Source: a bacterium (GTDB lineage Bacteria > RBG-13-61-14 > DATKZS01). Taken from it: a stretch of DNA of 40,227 nt. Where the stretch lies: assembly GCA_046484135.1 (NCBI GenBank), contig JAWOBU010000113.1:1-40227 (forward strand), written 5' to 3'. This document shows positions 16,759 to 26,527 of this stretch, in pieces. A program made the position numbers and the translations under genes. The first letter of the stretch is position 1. Each line of letters opens with the position of its first letter. The notes beneath the pieces are model-generated. The model saw nothing but the letters and a program-made list of their open reading frames with translations, was not told the origin of the DNA and did not search any database.

Positions 16759-19086
16759 CTACTTGGCCAGTTTGCTTAGAGCCTTGCTCAGCTCTTTCAT
16801 GTCATAGGGCTTGGTTACCACTCCCTGGAAGCCGTGATTTTTATAGTCGGCCATTATGGGGTCGGTGGAGTAGCCGCTGGATACGATGCCGCGGACCTCC
16901 GGGTCTATCTTTTGCAAAGCTTCCATGGTTTCTTTCCCGCCCATCTTTCCGGGCACGGTAAGATCGAGTATCACGAGATCAAACCCCTGCCCGGTTTCCA
17001 TGGCTTTTTTATAAGCGGTTATAGCCCGCCCTCCGTCGCTTGCGAACTCGGCCTCGTAGCCGAGGTCTGCGAGCATGATACTCAACAGGTCGCGGATGGC
17101 CGGGTCATCGTCCATTACCAGGACCCTTCCTTTTCCGGGGACAGGCTCCTCCCGGGTGCTGCTTTCACGAAGCTCTTTTCCGGGGGTTGCGGGCAGATAA
17201 AGGGTAAAGGTTGTTCCTTGGCCGGGCTCGGAGCTTACCTCGATATGTCCGTCATGTTGCCGGATGATGGAGAAAGAGGTCGCCAGTCCCAGCCCGCTTC
17301 CTTTTTCCTTGGTGGTAAAGAAGGGGTCGAAGATTTTTTCCTGGTAGTCGGGGGGAATCCCCACCCCGTTGTCTTTTATTTTGATGAGAGCATAGGCCCC
17401 CGGCGGAAGCGATGTATGTTCTTTGAGCATCAGATTTTCGGCTTTTACGTGTACGGTCCCGCCTTCGGGCATGGCCTGGTCGGCGTTTATTACCAGGTTG
17501 TGGATCACCTGGCTTATCTGTCCCTGGTCGGCCTCGACCGGCCACAGGTTTTCGGGGAACTCGAACTCGCAGTCCACGTTGGACCCGCGCAGTGCGAACA
17601 GGGAGGTTTCCCGCAGCATTTGCCGGAGGGACATGGCCTCCTTTACCGGCGTTCCCCCCTTGGTGAAGGTAAGTAGCTGCCGGGTGAGGCTCTTGGCCCG
17701 CTCGCACGCTTTCTCCGCCTCTTCCAGCCGCTGGTCTACTTTCGGGTCGTCCCGGACCGAGAGCCGGGACATGGAGACATTGGCTAGGATCGCCGTCAGG
17801 ATGTTATTGAAATCATGCGCGATGCCGCCCGCCAGGATGCCCACTGACTCGAGCTTTTCCGTTCTTATCATCTCGGCTTCCAGCTTGCGCTTCTCGGTTA
17901 CGTCGCGAAAGACGATGACCACGCCGATGATGCGGCTCTCCCGGTCCCGGATGGGAGCGGCGCTGTCAGCGATGACTTTTTCAAAGCCGTGGCTGTCCAC
18001 CAGCAGAGTCTGCTCGGCCAGGGTGATGCTCCCCTGGGTCTCCAGCACCTTTTGCACCGGGTCCTGCGCCCGCTCGCGGCTGTTCTCGTCTATTATGTGC
18101 AAGACGTTTGCCAGGTCCTCGCCCAGGGCGTCCTCCTGCCGCCGGCCGGTAAGGTTCTCGGCCATCCGGTTCATGAGCACGATCCTGCCTTCCCGGTCGG
18201 TGCTTATCACTCCGTCGCCGATGCTCCGCAGGGTTACCGACAGTCTCTCCTTTTCCTCCGCCAGCGAGTCCTCGGCGCGCTTCCGGTCGGTTACGTCTAT
18301 ATTGACACCCAGTATCTCCTTTATCTCGTCCCCGTAATAGACGGGAGAGATGATGTTGAAAAAGTGTCTTTCTTCCCCTTCCGCCTCGTAGGTGACCTCG
18401 CCCTTTACCACCTCGCCGGCAAAGGCCCGGCGGTTATTTTCCTTCCAGATGTCCAGGTACTTCTTGTCCACTCCCAGCTCGTCCGGCGTCTTGCCCGCCA
18501 GGTCTTCCGGGCCCTCTCCTGCGGATGATACTCCTCCCCAGTGGCGGCGGGCGGTGGAGTTGGCCATGATGTACCTGCCGTCTTCGCCGATCATGAAAAA
18601 GTCGAAGGGCAGGCTTTCAATGGCCGCGCTAAGTCGGGACCTGCTCTCCCGGAGCTCCTCCTCCGCCTTTTTTCTTTCGGTGATGCCCGCCAGGGAAACC
18701 AAGAGGGCGGGCTCTCCCTTGTACATGATGGGCCGGGAGTGCTGGCTCATCCACCTCAAGTGTCCCTGCTTGGTATAAAGTCGGTAGGTGTAGCTGGTCA
18801 CCGCGTCCGGCTCCCAGGCCAGCTTCTTCCTGGCCTGCTCCTTTATGAACTCCCTGTCCTCGGGATGGACCAGGTTATAGATGTCCTCCTCCGTCCAGGC
18901 GTAGACCTCGTCCAGGGAGTAGTCCAGAACACCGGTCAAGGCCTCGTTGGAGTAGATGATCTTTCCGTGCTGGAAGATAAACAGGGCCATGGCCGACTGC
19001 TCGGTGATGATCCGGAACATCTGTTCGCTCTGGCGCAGGGACGCAAGCTCTTGTTTGTCTATGCTGGTGAAGTCAGACCCTTGCAT
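16759..19086 (-). CDS. Cytoplasmic multi-PAS hybrid sensor histidine kinase/response regulator
   Basis: Three PAS/PAC repeats, H-box 'AGGIAHDFNNIL', 'QVIHNLVINADQAM', 'DNGVGI', 'FDPFFTTK..GSGLGL', receiver 'VLVMDDD...DL...SSGY...KP'. No TM segment. Confidence 0.93.
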   Translation of the reverse strand: MQGSDFTSIDKQELASLRQSEQMFRIITEQSAMALFIFQHGKIIYSNEALTGVLDYSLDEVYAWTEEDIYNLVHPEDREFIKEQARKKLAWEPDAVTSYTYRLYTKQGHLRWMSQHSRPIMYKGEPALLVSLAGITERKKAEEELRESRSRLSAAIESLPFDFFMIGEDGRYIMANSTARRHWGGVSSAGEGPEDLAGKTPDELGVDKKYLDIWKENNRRAFAGEVVKGEVTYEAEGEERHFFNIISPVYYGDEIKEILGVNIDVTDRKRAEDSLAEEKERLSVTLRSIGDGVISTDREGRIVLMNRMAENLTGRRQEDALGEDLANVLHIIDENSRERAQDPVQKVLETQGSITLAEQTLLVDSHGFEKVIADSAAPIRDRESRIIGVVIVFRDVTEKRKLEAEMIRTEKLESVGILAGGIAHDFNNILTAILANVSMSRLSVRDDPKVDQRLEEAEKACERAKSLTRQLLTFTKGGTPVKEAMSLRQMLRETSLFALRGSNVDCEFEFPENLWPVEADQGQISQVIHNLVINADQAMPEGGTVHVKAENLMLKEHTSLPPGAYALIKIKDNGVGIPPDYQEKIFDPFFTTKEKGSGLGLATSFSIIRQHDGHIEVSSEPGQGTTFTLYLPATPGKELRESSTREEPVPGKGRVLVMDDDPAIRDLLSIMLADLGYEAEFASDGGRAITAYKKAMETGQGFDLVILDLTVPGKMGGKETMEALQKIDPEVRGIVSSGYSTDPIMADYKNHGFQGVVTKPYDMKELSKALSKLAK

Positions 19087-19153
19087 GGCTTTTGACCTTT
19101 CAGCCGCAACTGATCTTGAAGGGATAAATTCCCTTAACCGGGGTTTTAATATC

Positions 19154-19942
19154 TCATTTTTCCAGCACCCATTCGTGTTCCGGGTCGTTATGGGGTTTCA
19201 TCTCCCTTTTCGGGCCTGCCAGCGCCCAGTTGTAGTAGAGGGCGTATCCGGGCGCCGCGCTCACCGGATGGTACCCGCGGGGGATGAGCACGAGGTCGTT
19301 CTGCTCGACGGTCATGGCTTCGTCCAGGGACCGGTCGTCCGTATAGACCCTTTGGAAGCCGAACCCTTGGAAGGGATTCACCTTGTAGAAGTAGACCTCT
19401 TCCAGCTCGGTCTCGACTCCCTCGATTTGGGTGTCGTGCTTGTGGGGAGGATAGCTCGACCACTCGCCTGCCGCGTTTATGGTCTCGCCCACTAAAAGGG
19501 AGTCGGCTTGTACGTTCTTTACTGCCACGTCACGGACGTATCTCTCATATCCCGGCTTGCCGCGATGGTTTACCACCACGTCCTCCGGAGTTACCAGCAC
19601 CGGCTTTTCGGTCTTGCGCCACTCTGCGTAAGACAGGGTGAGCTCCGACTCCTCGTCCGCCACGATCCGAAAGCTTTTCCCGCCCGGCACGTATGCCGCC
19701 CACGGCAGGTCGTCGAACACGTTTTTGCGCGGGCCCATGCTCCCGAGCTCGGTCCCGTCCGCCATGACCCTGCACTTGCCCGCGGTCAAAAGGGCCACGC
19801 ACTCTTGGTCTTCGAGCTTCTGCTCGTAGTCCTCGCCCGGGCCGAGCCGCAGCACGGCGAAGCCCGTAATGTACTCGAGCTCTCCGCTCACCAGCTTATT
19901 AAACCCTTTTTCCAGCTTCTTCCTGATCTTTAGCTCCGCCAT
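19154..19942 (-). CDS. iolB: 5-deoxy-glucuronate isomerase (KduI/IolB family)
   Basis: 'R.NVFD..P.A.YVP', 'LLVGETI', 'WSSYPPHKHD', 'LEEVYFY', 'GFGFQRVYTDDRSLDE', 'PRGYHPV', 'YYNWALAGP'. Confidence 0.92.
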   Translation of the reverse strand: MAELKIRKKLEKGFNKLVSGELEYITGFAVLRLGPGEDYEQKLEDQECVALLTAGKCRVMADGTELGSMGPRKNVFDDLPWAAYVPGGKSFRIVADEESELTLSYAEWRKTEKPVLVTPEDVVVNHRGKPGYERYVRDVAVKNVQADSLLVGETINAAGEWSSYPPHKHDTQIEGVETELEEVYFYKVNPFQGFGFQRVYTDDRSLDEAMTVEQNDLVLIPRGYHPVSAAPGYALYYNWALAGPKREMKPHNDPEHEWVLEK

Positions 19943-19970
19943 TTTTGTCCTTTTCAGTGCTCCTTTGTCT

Positions 19971-20036
19971 TTATGGCATCATCAGTCCGCCGTGTATTAC
20001 TACCACCGATCCGGTCATGTAGCCGGACAGGTCGCT
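19971..20036 (-). pseudogene. C-terminal remnant of a short-chain dehydrogenase/reductase (FabG-like)
   Basis: The minus strand reads SDLSGYMTGSVVVIHGGLMMP*, matching the classical SDR C-terminal motif (S..S.Y.TG..[IL].[VI]DGG). There is an in-frame TGA two codons upstream and no start. Confidence 0.7.
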
Positions 20037-20044
20037 TTTATATC

Positions 20045-20061
20045 ACTAAAGCCGCTCGCAC
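20045..20061. repeat. Degenerate REP-like family A copy
   Basis: ACTAAAGCCGCTCGCAC is 16/17 identical to ACTAAAGTCGCTCGCAC in the 32825-32862 palindrome. Confidence 0.65.
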
Positions 20062-20092
20062 TGTTTCGTCGTTTTTTTTGCATGACAGAGCT

Positions 20093-20650
20093 TTACTCCG
20101 CCGCGATTCGATCTCCTTGGCCTTTCTGGTCGGGCGCCAGTATCTTTAAGTCCCCTTTGTAGTTGGACACCTGTATCTTCCCGGACGCCGGATCAAACAC
20201 GATGGTCCTTCCGTTGTTTCCTCCCACGTCCTCTCCGAACAGGGGAATGTCATAGATCTCGAGCATTCTTTTGACCGCGTCTACGTTGCGCTTTCCTATT
20301 CCCGGTTTGCCGGGCATGTCCTTTTCTTCTATGTCCGGGGTGGTAAACATGTTTGCTCCCCCGATGACTGCCGCCCGAAGCTTTTTCATGCTTGCCCCTT
20401 GCTTTTGCATTTCTTCTACTAACGCCTTTACGGCCTGGTCGGCGTACTTGTAGTTGCCGGCCGGTTGCGGGTTTTTTTCTTCGGCTGACGCGGGTCCGGG
20501 CAGGAGGATATGTGCGAGTCCTCCCAGGCCGTGGTCCTGTTCCTGGAGGGCGAGCGCGACGCATGACCCCATCCCGAAGATTTTAAGCAGGTAGGGGTGC
20601 CCGGCGACCCGGCAGGTTGCCGCCATTACTCTTATCTCTTTCCGGTCCAC
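20093..20650 (-). CDS. cheD: Chemoreceptor glutamine deamidase CheD
   Basis: 'GMGSCVAL', 'GGLAHILLP', 'KYAD.A', 'GGANMF', 'IGKRNV', 'EDVGGNNGRTI.FD'. Follows cheC. Confidence 0.9.
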   Translation of the reverse strand: MDRKEIRVMAATCRVAGHPYLLKIFGMGSCVALALQEQDHGLGGLAHILLPGPASAEEKNPQPAGNYKYADQAVKALVEEMQKQGASMKKLRAAVIGGANMFTTPDIEEKDMPGKPGIGKRNVDAVKRMLEIYDIPLFGEDVGGNNGRTIVFDPASGKIQVSNYKGDLKILAPDQKGQGDRIAAE

Positions 20651-20659
20651 CCGCTCCTC

Positions 20660-21304
20660 CTACTCGTTTTCATCCGCGAGTACGCGGGCAGCTTGCAGCA
20701 TCATTTTCAATGAGGCGGGGTCCGGTATAAGAAAGAAGTGTCCTTTTATGCTCTCGCCGTCGCCGGAGAAGGTTGTTCTTATGATAATGGCCGAGTCGGC
20801 GTCTTCTCCCAGTTGTACCAGGAAGGTTTCCATGATGGCCCCCGCCATGTCCAGGGCCACACTGGGCACGGAGGGCAAAAGCGACTTCTCGAGCAGTCTT
20901 TCCAGCGCCCCCAGGTAGCTTGAGCCCAGGATGTTTCCGATCTCCCGCAGGGCCGAGAGTTGCATCTCGGAGAGCTGGAACTCCTCTTCCGGTTCCGAGC
21001 CGGCCACCATGGATATCAGCTCCCGCACGCTCTGCCAGGGAAAGACGAACATGATGTTCCCCTGGATGTCGCCCCATACCCGGGTGTGGATTGCCGCCAC
21101 CGTCTTTTCGGAGTTTCCGAGCAGGTCGGGAAAGTCCGACAGCCTGGAGAGCTGGACCTCTGGTATGGACAGGTCTATCTGCTTTCCGATCATCTGGCCG
21201 AGGGCGGTTGCTGTGTTTCCCATGCCGATGTTGCATATCTCCCGCAGGGCGTCTACGTGGAGGTGGGACAGCTCTGTCTGGTCGGCTTTGTCGTACTTAT
21301 TCAT
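20660..21304 (-). CDS. cheC: CheY-P phosphatase CheC (DifG-like)
   Basis: Two E-x2-N motifs ('DALREICNIGMGN.ATAL', 'SALREIGNIL'), 'PSVP...DMAGAI'. Confidence 0.9.
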   Translation of the reverse strand: MNKYDKADQTELSHLHVDALREICNIGMGNTATALGQMIGKQIDLSIPEVQLSRLSDFPDLLGNSEKTVAAIHTRVWGDIQGNIMFVFPWQSVRELISMVAGSEPEEEFQLSEMQLSALREIGNILGSSYLGALERLLEKSLLPSVPSVALDMAGAIMETFLVQLGEDADSAIIIRTTFSGDGESIKGHFFLIPDPASLKMMLQAARVLADENE

Positions 21305-21312
21305 TTAACTTC

Positions 21313-24144
21313 TCAGATCAAGCTCATGGTGTCCAGTACGAACACCACGCTTCCGTCTCCCAGCATGGTGACCCCGGACAGCCCGGAAATTCTCTGCAGC
21401 GGCTTTCCCAGCGGCCTTATGAAAGCCTCCTCCTGTCCCACCAGCTCGTCCACCGTAAGTACGACCTTTCGGTGCTGGGTTTCCACTATCAGGGCCGGGA
21501 TGGGCTCCCTGCCTTGCTGGTCGGGCTCCGGCAGGTCCAGGTACCGGTGCAGCGCTTTCATGGGTACCAGCTCCTGCCGGTCCAGGTAGAAAAGCTTGTT
21601 CTGTGATCTTCTTACCTGGTGGGGAAGGATTTCCACCGTCTTCATGATCTTGGCGATGGGAATTCCGAACACCTCGCTGGCCACCTTGACCAGCAGCACG
21701 TTCACCACTGCTATGGTTCGGGGAAGGTGCAGTGTAAAGACAGAGCCTTTGCCGCTCCGGGAGGACAGGGTGAGATGTCCTCCCACCGACTCGGTCACGT
21801 TTTTTACGGCGTCCATTCCCACTCCGCGGCCGGCGATGAGCCCCACCTTTTTGGCGGTGGAGAAGCCGGGCGAGAAGATAAGCTGGTAGGCTTCTTCGTC
21901 GGAGAGCCCCTCGGCAGCCTCTGCCGAGATGATGCCTTTTTCCACCGCGGTCTCTTTCAGCACAAACGGGTCCATACCGCGTCCGTCGTCCCTGATTTCT
22001 ATAAGCACCAGGTCGCGGTTGCGGTAGGCCTCGAGCTCGATCTTGCCGGTCTGGTCCTTCCCCAGTTTTTCCCTTTCTTCGGGCGGCTCGATGCCGTGGC
22101 TGACACTGTTTCTGAGCAGGTGGATAAGAGGGTCGTTCAGTTGTTCGAGGATGGCCCGGTCCAGCTCGATGTCCCTTCCTTTGATCTCGAACTTGACCTT
22201 TTTTCCCTCCTCCTTGGCCAGGTCGCGCACCACCCGGGGAAGCCGCTGCACCACGCCTTCCAAGGGCATCATGCGCACGCTCATGACCTGGTCGTGAAAC
22301 TCGCTTATGAGCGACTCGAGGCGGTCCACCCCGTCTTCCAGCCCGGGCAGGGGGTTCTTTTTGGCCACCTCCCGAAGCTCGCTTTTTACCAGGATCATCT
22401 CGCCCAGCGAGTTTATGAAGTTGTCGAGCGCCGTGGTTTTGACCCGGACGGTCTGAGGCATACCTGCCGACTGGGCAAAGGGATCGTAGGTGGACTGGAT
22501 TTGTCCCTGCTCGGTTACCACTGCTTCCGCGGGTTCGGCCGCTTGCGGTTCCGCCGGCTGTGGCTGAGAAGCCGCGTCTTCCTTATGCGTCTCCGGTGTT
22601 TTTGTCTCGTAGCTCTTTACGTCCGCCACGCTCTTCATGATCTTTTCGATCTCGTCCTCCCCGGCCGCGGTGTCAAGGTCTATCTCCATTACCATTCCGG
22701 CAGGGTCCTTGATAAAGTTACCGGCTTTGACCTCTTCCCGGGAGGGACGGGTGGCTACAACCCGGCCGATCTCCTGGAGCCTCTTTATCAGCACGAACGC
22801 CCGGACGCCGGGGGCCGCGGCCGACGGGTCCAGGGTCACCCGCAGGGTCAGGGCGGGCGCCGTCTCCGGCTCCGCCGGCGCTTGTTCCGCCTCTTGTTCG
22901 GGAGCGGTCTCCCCGGCCTCCGGCTGTTCTTTCCTGCCGGCCGGGCCGGGCATGGGAGAGTCGAAGTCGAGCTCTATCGGCGGCGAGGGCTTTTCCGGGC
23001 CAGTCTCCGGGGCGGTCGTATCTTCCGTCAGTTCGGAGGAATTCTCGTCCGAAGCCGCTTGCCGGGAGGCTTCTTCTTCTGCGGGTGCGGTTTGTTCTTC
23101 AGCGCTTTCTTGCGGCTTTTCCTTTTCCGACTTGTCCGATGCCGCCGGTCCGGGCAGCGGCTCATCAAAGTCCAGCTCTATTTGGGGGGGAGGTTTCCTT
23201 TCAGGCTCCGCCGTCTTTTGGCTTGCCGCCTCTTTTTCCCGGGCCGGAGGAGGGGTCCTTTCCTCAGTGTATTGTTTGAGGGTCTTCGTGAACTCCGCTG
23301 ATTCGTCAGAGTGGGCTTTTTCTTCCTGTACGTCCCGGAGCATCCCTTCCAGGACGGTTACTCCCTTTTCCATCAGATCAAGGGCGGCTTCTGTTAATGT
23401 TTCTTCTTTTTCCATGAAGCTTTTTATAAGCTCCTCCAAGCTTTTTGCGGTGTCGCTTATCTTCTGGTAGCCCATGGTGGCTGCCATGCCCTTTATGGAA
23501 TGGGCGTTCCGGTGAGCTTCCTGGAGAGCTTCATGGTCTTGGGGAGCGCTTTTCAGTTCCGCCACTTTCCGCCGGCAGGTGGAGAGATGTTCTCCGGATT
23601 CGGACACGAACATGTCCTTGTACTTTCCGAAGTCCAGTCCTATAAACCTGGCCTCCTGGCCGGACGCGCTCTTTCCGGTTTCTTGCTCGTGTTCCTGGCG
23701 GGTTGGTTCCGCTTCGCCCGTTTTCGGGGCGGTTTCTTCGGCGGCCGGCTCTTTTGCTGTTTCTTTTTCGGCTTCGAACTCTCTTATTTGTTCGGTTACC
23801 TGCTCGGGCTTGTTGGAAGGCTCCCGGTCTTCCGCTATGGCCTGCATGGTCTCTTCCAGTACGTCCAGTCCCTTAAAGAGTATGTCCATGGCGTCGGAGC
23901 CTGGGGGAGTGGCTTGTTTCCTGAACCCGTCCATCAGGTTCTCGAGGGCATGGGCCAGGTCGCGGATGTTTTCATACCCCATGCTGGCCGCCATTCCTTT
24001 TATGGAGTGGGCGTTCCTGAACAGCTCGTTCACTGCGTCCTGGTCGGCGGGCTCTTGTTCGAGCTTGAGAAGCGCGTCGTTCATGGCCTGAAGTAGTTCC
24101 TGGGTCTCGGAAAGAAACAGGGATTTGTACTTGGATACGTCCAT
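21313..24144 (-). CDS. cheA: Chemotaxis histidine kinase CheA (DifE-like) with two Hpt domains
   Basis: Two 'RNAHSIKGMAA.MGY' Hpt motifs, P2-like region, 'TVRV...LD', 'RMMP...RVVRDLA', 'PLIHLLRNSVSHGIE', 'DDGRG', 'GFST...GRGVGMDAV', C-terminal CheW-like domain. Confidence 0.93.
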   Translation of the reverse strand: MDVSKYKSLFLSETQELLQAMNDALLKLEQEPADQDAVNELFRNAHSIKGMAASMGYENIRDLAHALENLMDGFRKQATPPGSDAMDILFKGLDVLEETMQAIAEDREPSNKPEQVTEQIREFEAEKETAKEPAAEETAPKTGEAEPTRQEHEQETGKSASGQEARFIGLDFGKYKDMFVSESGEHLSTCRRKVAELKSAPQDHEALQEAHRNAHSIKGMAATMGYQKISDTAKSLEELIKSFMEKEETLTEAALDLMEKGVTVLEGMLRDVQEEKAHSDESAEFTKTLKQYTEERTPPPAREKEAASQKTAEPERKPPPQIELDFDEPLPGPAASDKSEKEKPQESAEEQTAPAEEEASRQAASDENSSELTEDTTAPETGPEKPSPPIELDFDSPMPGPAGRKEQPEAGETAPEQEAEQAPAEPETAPALTLRVTLDPSAAAPGVRAFVLIKRLQEIGRVVATRPSREEVKAGNFIKDPAGMVMEIDLDTAAGEDEIEKIMKSVADVKSYETKTPETHKEDAASQPQPAEPQAAEPAEAVVTEQGQIQSTYDPFAQSAGMPQTVRVKTTALDNFINSLGEMILVKSELREVAKKNPLPGLEDGVDRLESLISEFHDQVMSVRMMPLEGVVQRLPRVVRDLAKEEGKKVKFEIKGRDIELDRAILEQLNDPLIHLLRNSVSHGIEPPEEREKLGKDQTGKIELEAYRNRDLVLIEIRDDGRGMDPFVLKETAVEKGIISAEAAEGLSDEEAYQLIFSPGFSTAKKVGLIAGRGVGMDAVKNVTESVGGHLTLSSRSGKGSVFTLHLPRTIAVVNVLLVKVASEVFGIPIAKIMKTVEILPHQVRRSQNKLFYLDRQELVPMKALHRYLDLPEPDQQGREPIPALIVETQHRKVVLTVDELVGQEEAFIRPLGKPLQRISGLSGVTMLGDGSVVFVLDTMSLI

Positions 24145-24191
24145 TTCCGGCTCTTAGAGGAACAAAGGAAAGGTATATTGATGCCAAGCCG

Positions 24192-24557
24192 TCACAGTTG
24201 CACCACTTTTTTGACCACCTCGATGACCTTCTCCGGCTTGAAGGGCTTGACAATGAAATCCGCGGCCCCCGCCTCGATAGCCTCCATGACCAGGGACTCC
24301 TGTCCCAGGGCGGAGCACATGACTATCTTGGCGTCTCCGTCCAGCTTCATTATGTCCCGGACCGCTTCGATCCCGCTTTTCTGGGGCATAACGATATCCA
24401 TGGTGGTGATGTCGGGGTTAAGCTCTTTGTATCTTTCCACTGCTTCCACTCCATTGGCTGCCTCACCCACGACCTCGAACTCGTCGCTTCCAAACACATC
24501 CTTTATCATGTTGCGCATGAAAAGCGCGTCGTCAGCGATGAGAACCCGGATCGGCAT
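24192..24557 (-). CDS. cheY: Response regulator CheY (DifD-like)
   Basis: 'VLIADDALFMR', 'MDIVMP', 'MCSALGQ', 'DFIVKPF'. Single receiver domain. Confidence 0.92.
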   Translation of the reverse strand: MPIRVLIADDALFMRNMIKDVFGSDEFEVVGEAANGVEAVERYKELNPDITTMDIVMPQKSGIEAVRDIMKLDGDAKIVMCSALGQESLVMEAIEAGAADFIVKPFKPEKVIEVVKKVVQL

Positions 24558-24577
24558 TTTATACCTCCTCCACTGCC

Positions 24578-25030
24578 TCAGATAAAGTAGTTTTCTATCT
24601 CTGCCAGCAGCTTGTCTACGTCTACCAGATTTAAAATCCTTCCCCCCAGGTTGATGATCCTGGAAATGTAGGGAAGGGAATCGCCTTCCGGCAACTGCAC
24701 CAGCGGCCCCTCCAGCGGAACCGACTCGATCCGCTCCACCCGGTCCACCAGAAACCCCAGGTGGAACACCTGGCTTGCCAGGACCAGGATGCGGGAGTCC
24801 ACCGTGATCTCCGAGGTTTTCATTCCCAGAAAGTCCCTGAGGTCAACCACCGCCACTATCTTGCCCTGCTGGCTCAGGGCCCCCCGGACAAAAGAAGGCA
24901 CCCGGGGAATAAAGCTCAGTTGCCCGCCTTCCACCACCTTGTCCACGTACTGGAGCGGCATGCCCATCATCTCGGGAGAGAGCACGAAGCTTATCACCTG
25001 GGCCCTCTTGTCTGGTCTGGGAGCGGTCAT
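24578..25030 (-). CDS. cheW: CheW coupling protein (DifC-like)
   Basis: 'IPRVPSFVRG...GKIVAVVDLRDFLG', 'GFLVDRV', 'LVDVDKLL'. Lies between the MCP and cheY. Confidence 0.88.
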   Translation of the reverse strand: MTAPRPDKRAQVISFVLSPEMMGMPLQYVDKVVEGGQLSFIPRVPSFVRGALSQQGKIVAVVDLRDFLGMKTSEITVDSRILVLASQVFHLGFLVDRVERIESVPLEGPLVQLPEGDSLPYISRIINLGGRILNLVDVDKLLAEIENYFI

Positions 25031-25063
25031 TATGAACCTTCGAGCATATGCCGGGTGAACAGG

Positions 25064-26527
25064 TTACTGAAAAATAAAGTCCATGTCATCCGAGTTGTTG
25101 GTTCCCGTCTTCTTTTTTTCCTCCCCCGCCTTGTCTTCTTCCTTCCGGGTGTCGCCGGACCCGGACTTTTCCGAGTCCTCACGGGAGCCGGACACCCGGT
25201 CTTCCGCTGCCGGAGTAAAATCGGCATCCTCCTTCTCCGCCCGCTCTTCAATCACCCGCTCGGTGTCCAGCCGGAACCTGGAGACCACCGACTTGAGCTC
25301 GTCGGAAAGCCGGTAGAGCTCCTGGGCGGAAGAGGACATCTCCTGCATGGACGCGGCCTGCTGCTGGGTGGCCGCGCTCACCTCTTCGGTGCCGGAGGCG
25401 TTGTCATGGGCGACCTTTGCTATCTCGTCAATGCTCTGGACCAGGTTGCGGGCCCCTTCGGCCTGGACCTGGCTTAACTCGGCTATGTTCTTGACCTTGG
25501 CCGCGGAGTCGTTGATCATGTCCACGATCTCGATCAGGGACTGGTTAATGGTCCCGATGTCCTCCCTGCCCTCGGATATGTCCTGCGAGGTCTCCATCAT
25601 GGAGGATACCACCCTCTCGGCCTCGCCGGATATCTCCTGGATGAGAGACGTTATCTGCTCGGCGGAGTTCGAGGTCCCCTCCGCCAGCTTGCGGACCTCG
25701 TCCGCGACCACGGCAAACCCCTTGCCGTACTCTCCGGCCCGGGCGGCCTCGATGGTCGCGTTCAGAGCCAAAAGGTTGGTCTGGCGGGCGATGTTGGTTA
25801 TCATCTCCACGATCTTTCCTATCTCCTGGGACTTCTCCCCGAACTTGACCACCATGTCCTGGGAGTTGGCCATCTTCTCGAAGACCTTTTTCATCTTTTC
25901 CATGGCGGTGCTGGCGAGCTCGCCGGAGCTCTGGGCCTTCTGGGCCGCTTCCGAGACCGCGGTGCTGGTCACGGTGGCGTTGGACGAGGTTATCTCGATA
26001 TTTCCGGCCATCTCCCGGACCGTCTTGGAGGTGTTTTCAACAAGCTCCGCCTGTAGCTCCGCTCCCTTGCTTATGCCGCTTACTGTAGATGCGACCTCTT
26101 CGGTCGAGGACTTCATCTGCGACGAGGTGGTGGAAAGGTTCTGGGCGGCCTGGCTTATGTTGATGGCTGTGCTCTGCGTCTTGCCGGTAAGCTCCTGAAG
26201 GCTGTCCAACATAACATTGACCGACTCGAGCAGGTCGTCTATCTCGTCCCTGCCCAGCCTCTTTCTGGGAATGATCACCTTCTGGGTCAGGTCGCCCTTG
26301 GATATCTTCCGCGCCGAGGATATGACCGAGTTCAAGTCGCGCGTGATGCTCCGCGAGTAAATGAGCGCGAACACGCCGGTCAGAACCAGCACCGACAAAA
26401 GGGAGATGATCGAGGCCACCAGTATCTCATTGGTTTGCAAGATCATGTACAGGGCCCAGATGTAGATCAGGGTGGTCAGTGCCGCTACCAGTACAAATCC
26501 CCAGAAGATCTTATACTGCATTCGCAT
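25064..26527 (-). CDS. Methyl-accepting chemotaxis protein (DifA-like: two TMs with almost no periplasmic loop, HAMP, signalling domain, acidic tail)
   Basis: Two TMs separated by about 6 polar residues, HAMP ('GDLT...RDEI'), hairpin '[38 protein letters not shown]'. Confidence 0.93.
   Translation of the reverse strand: MRMQYKIFWGFVLVAALTTLIYIWALYMILQTNEILVASIISLLSVLVLTGVFALIYSRSITRDLNSVISSARKISKGDLTQKVIIPRKRLGRDEIDDLLESVNVMLDSLQELTGKTQSTAINISQAAQNLSTTSSQMKSSTEEVASTVSGISKGAELQAELVENTSKTVREMAGNIEITSSNATVTSTAVSEAAQKAQSSGELASTAMEKMKKVFEKMANSQDMVVKFGEKSQEIGKIVEMITNIARQTNLLALNATIEAARAGEYGKGFAVVADEVRKLAEGTSNSAEQITSLIQEISGEAERVVSSMMETSQDISEGREDIGTINQSLIEIVDMINDSAAKVKNIAELSQVQAEGARNLVQSIDEIAKVAHDNASGTEEVSAATQQQAASMQEMSSSAQELYRLSDELKSVVSRFRLDTERVIEERAEKEDADFTPAAEDRVSGSREDSEKSGSGDTRKEEDKAGEEKKKTGTNNSDDMDFIFQ

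Noticed and set aside
21619..23301. 560-aa plus-strand ORF (similar long antisense ORFs at 2766-4130, 26573-28096, 31041-32303, 38713-40146)
   Set aside because: All lie opposite well-supported genes and lack motifs. They are explained by codon bias.
25030..25251. 73-aa ORF between the MCP and cheW as a possible DifB equivalent
   Set aside because: It overlaps the MCP tail in another frame and is Arg-rich low-complexity sequence with no support.
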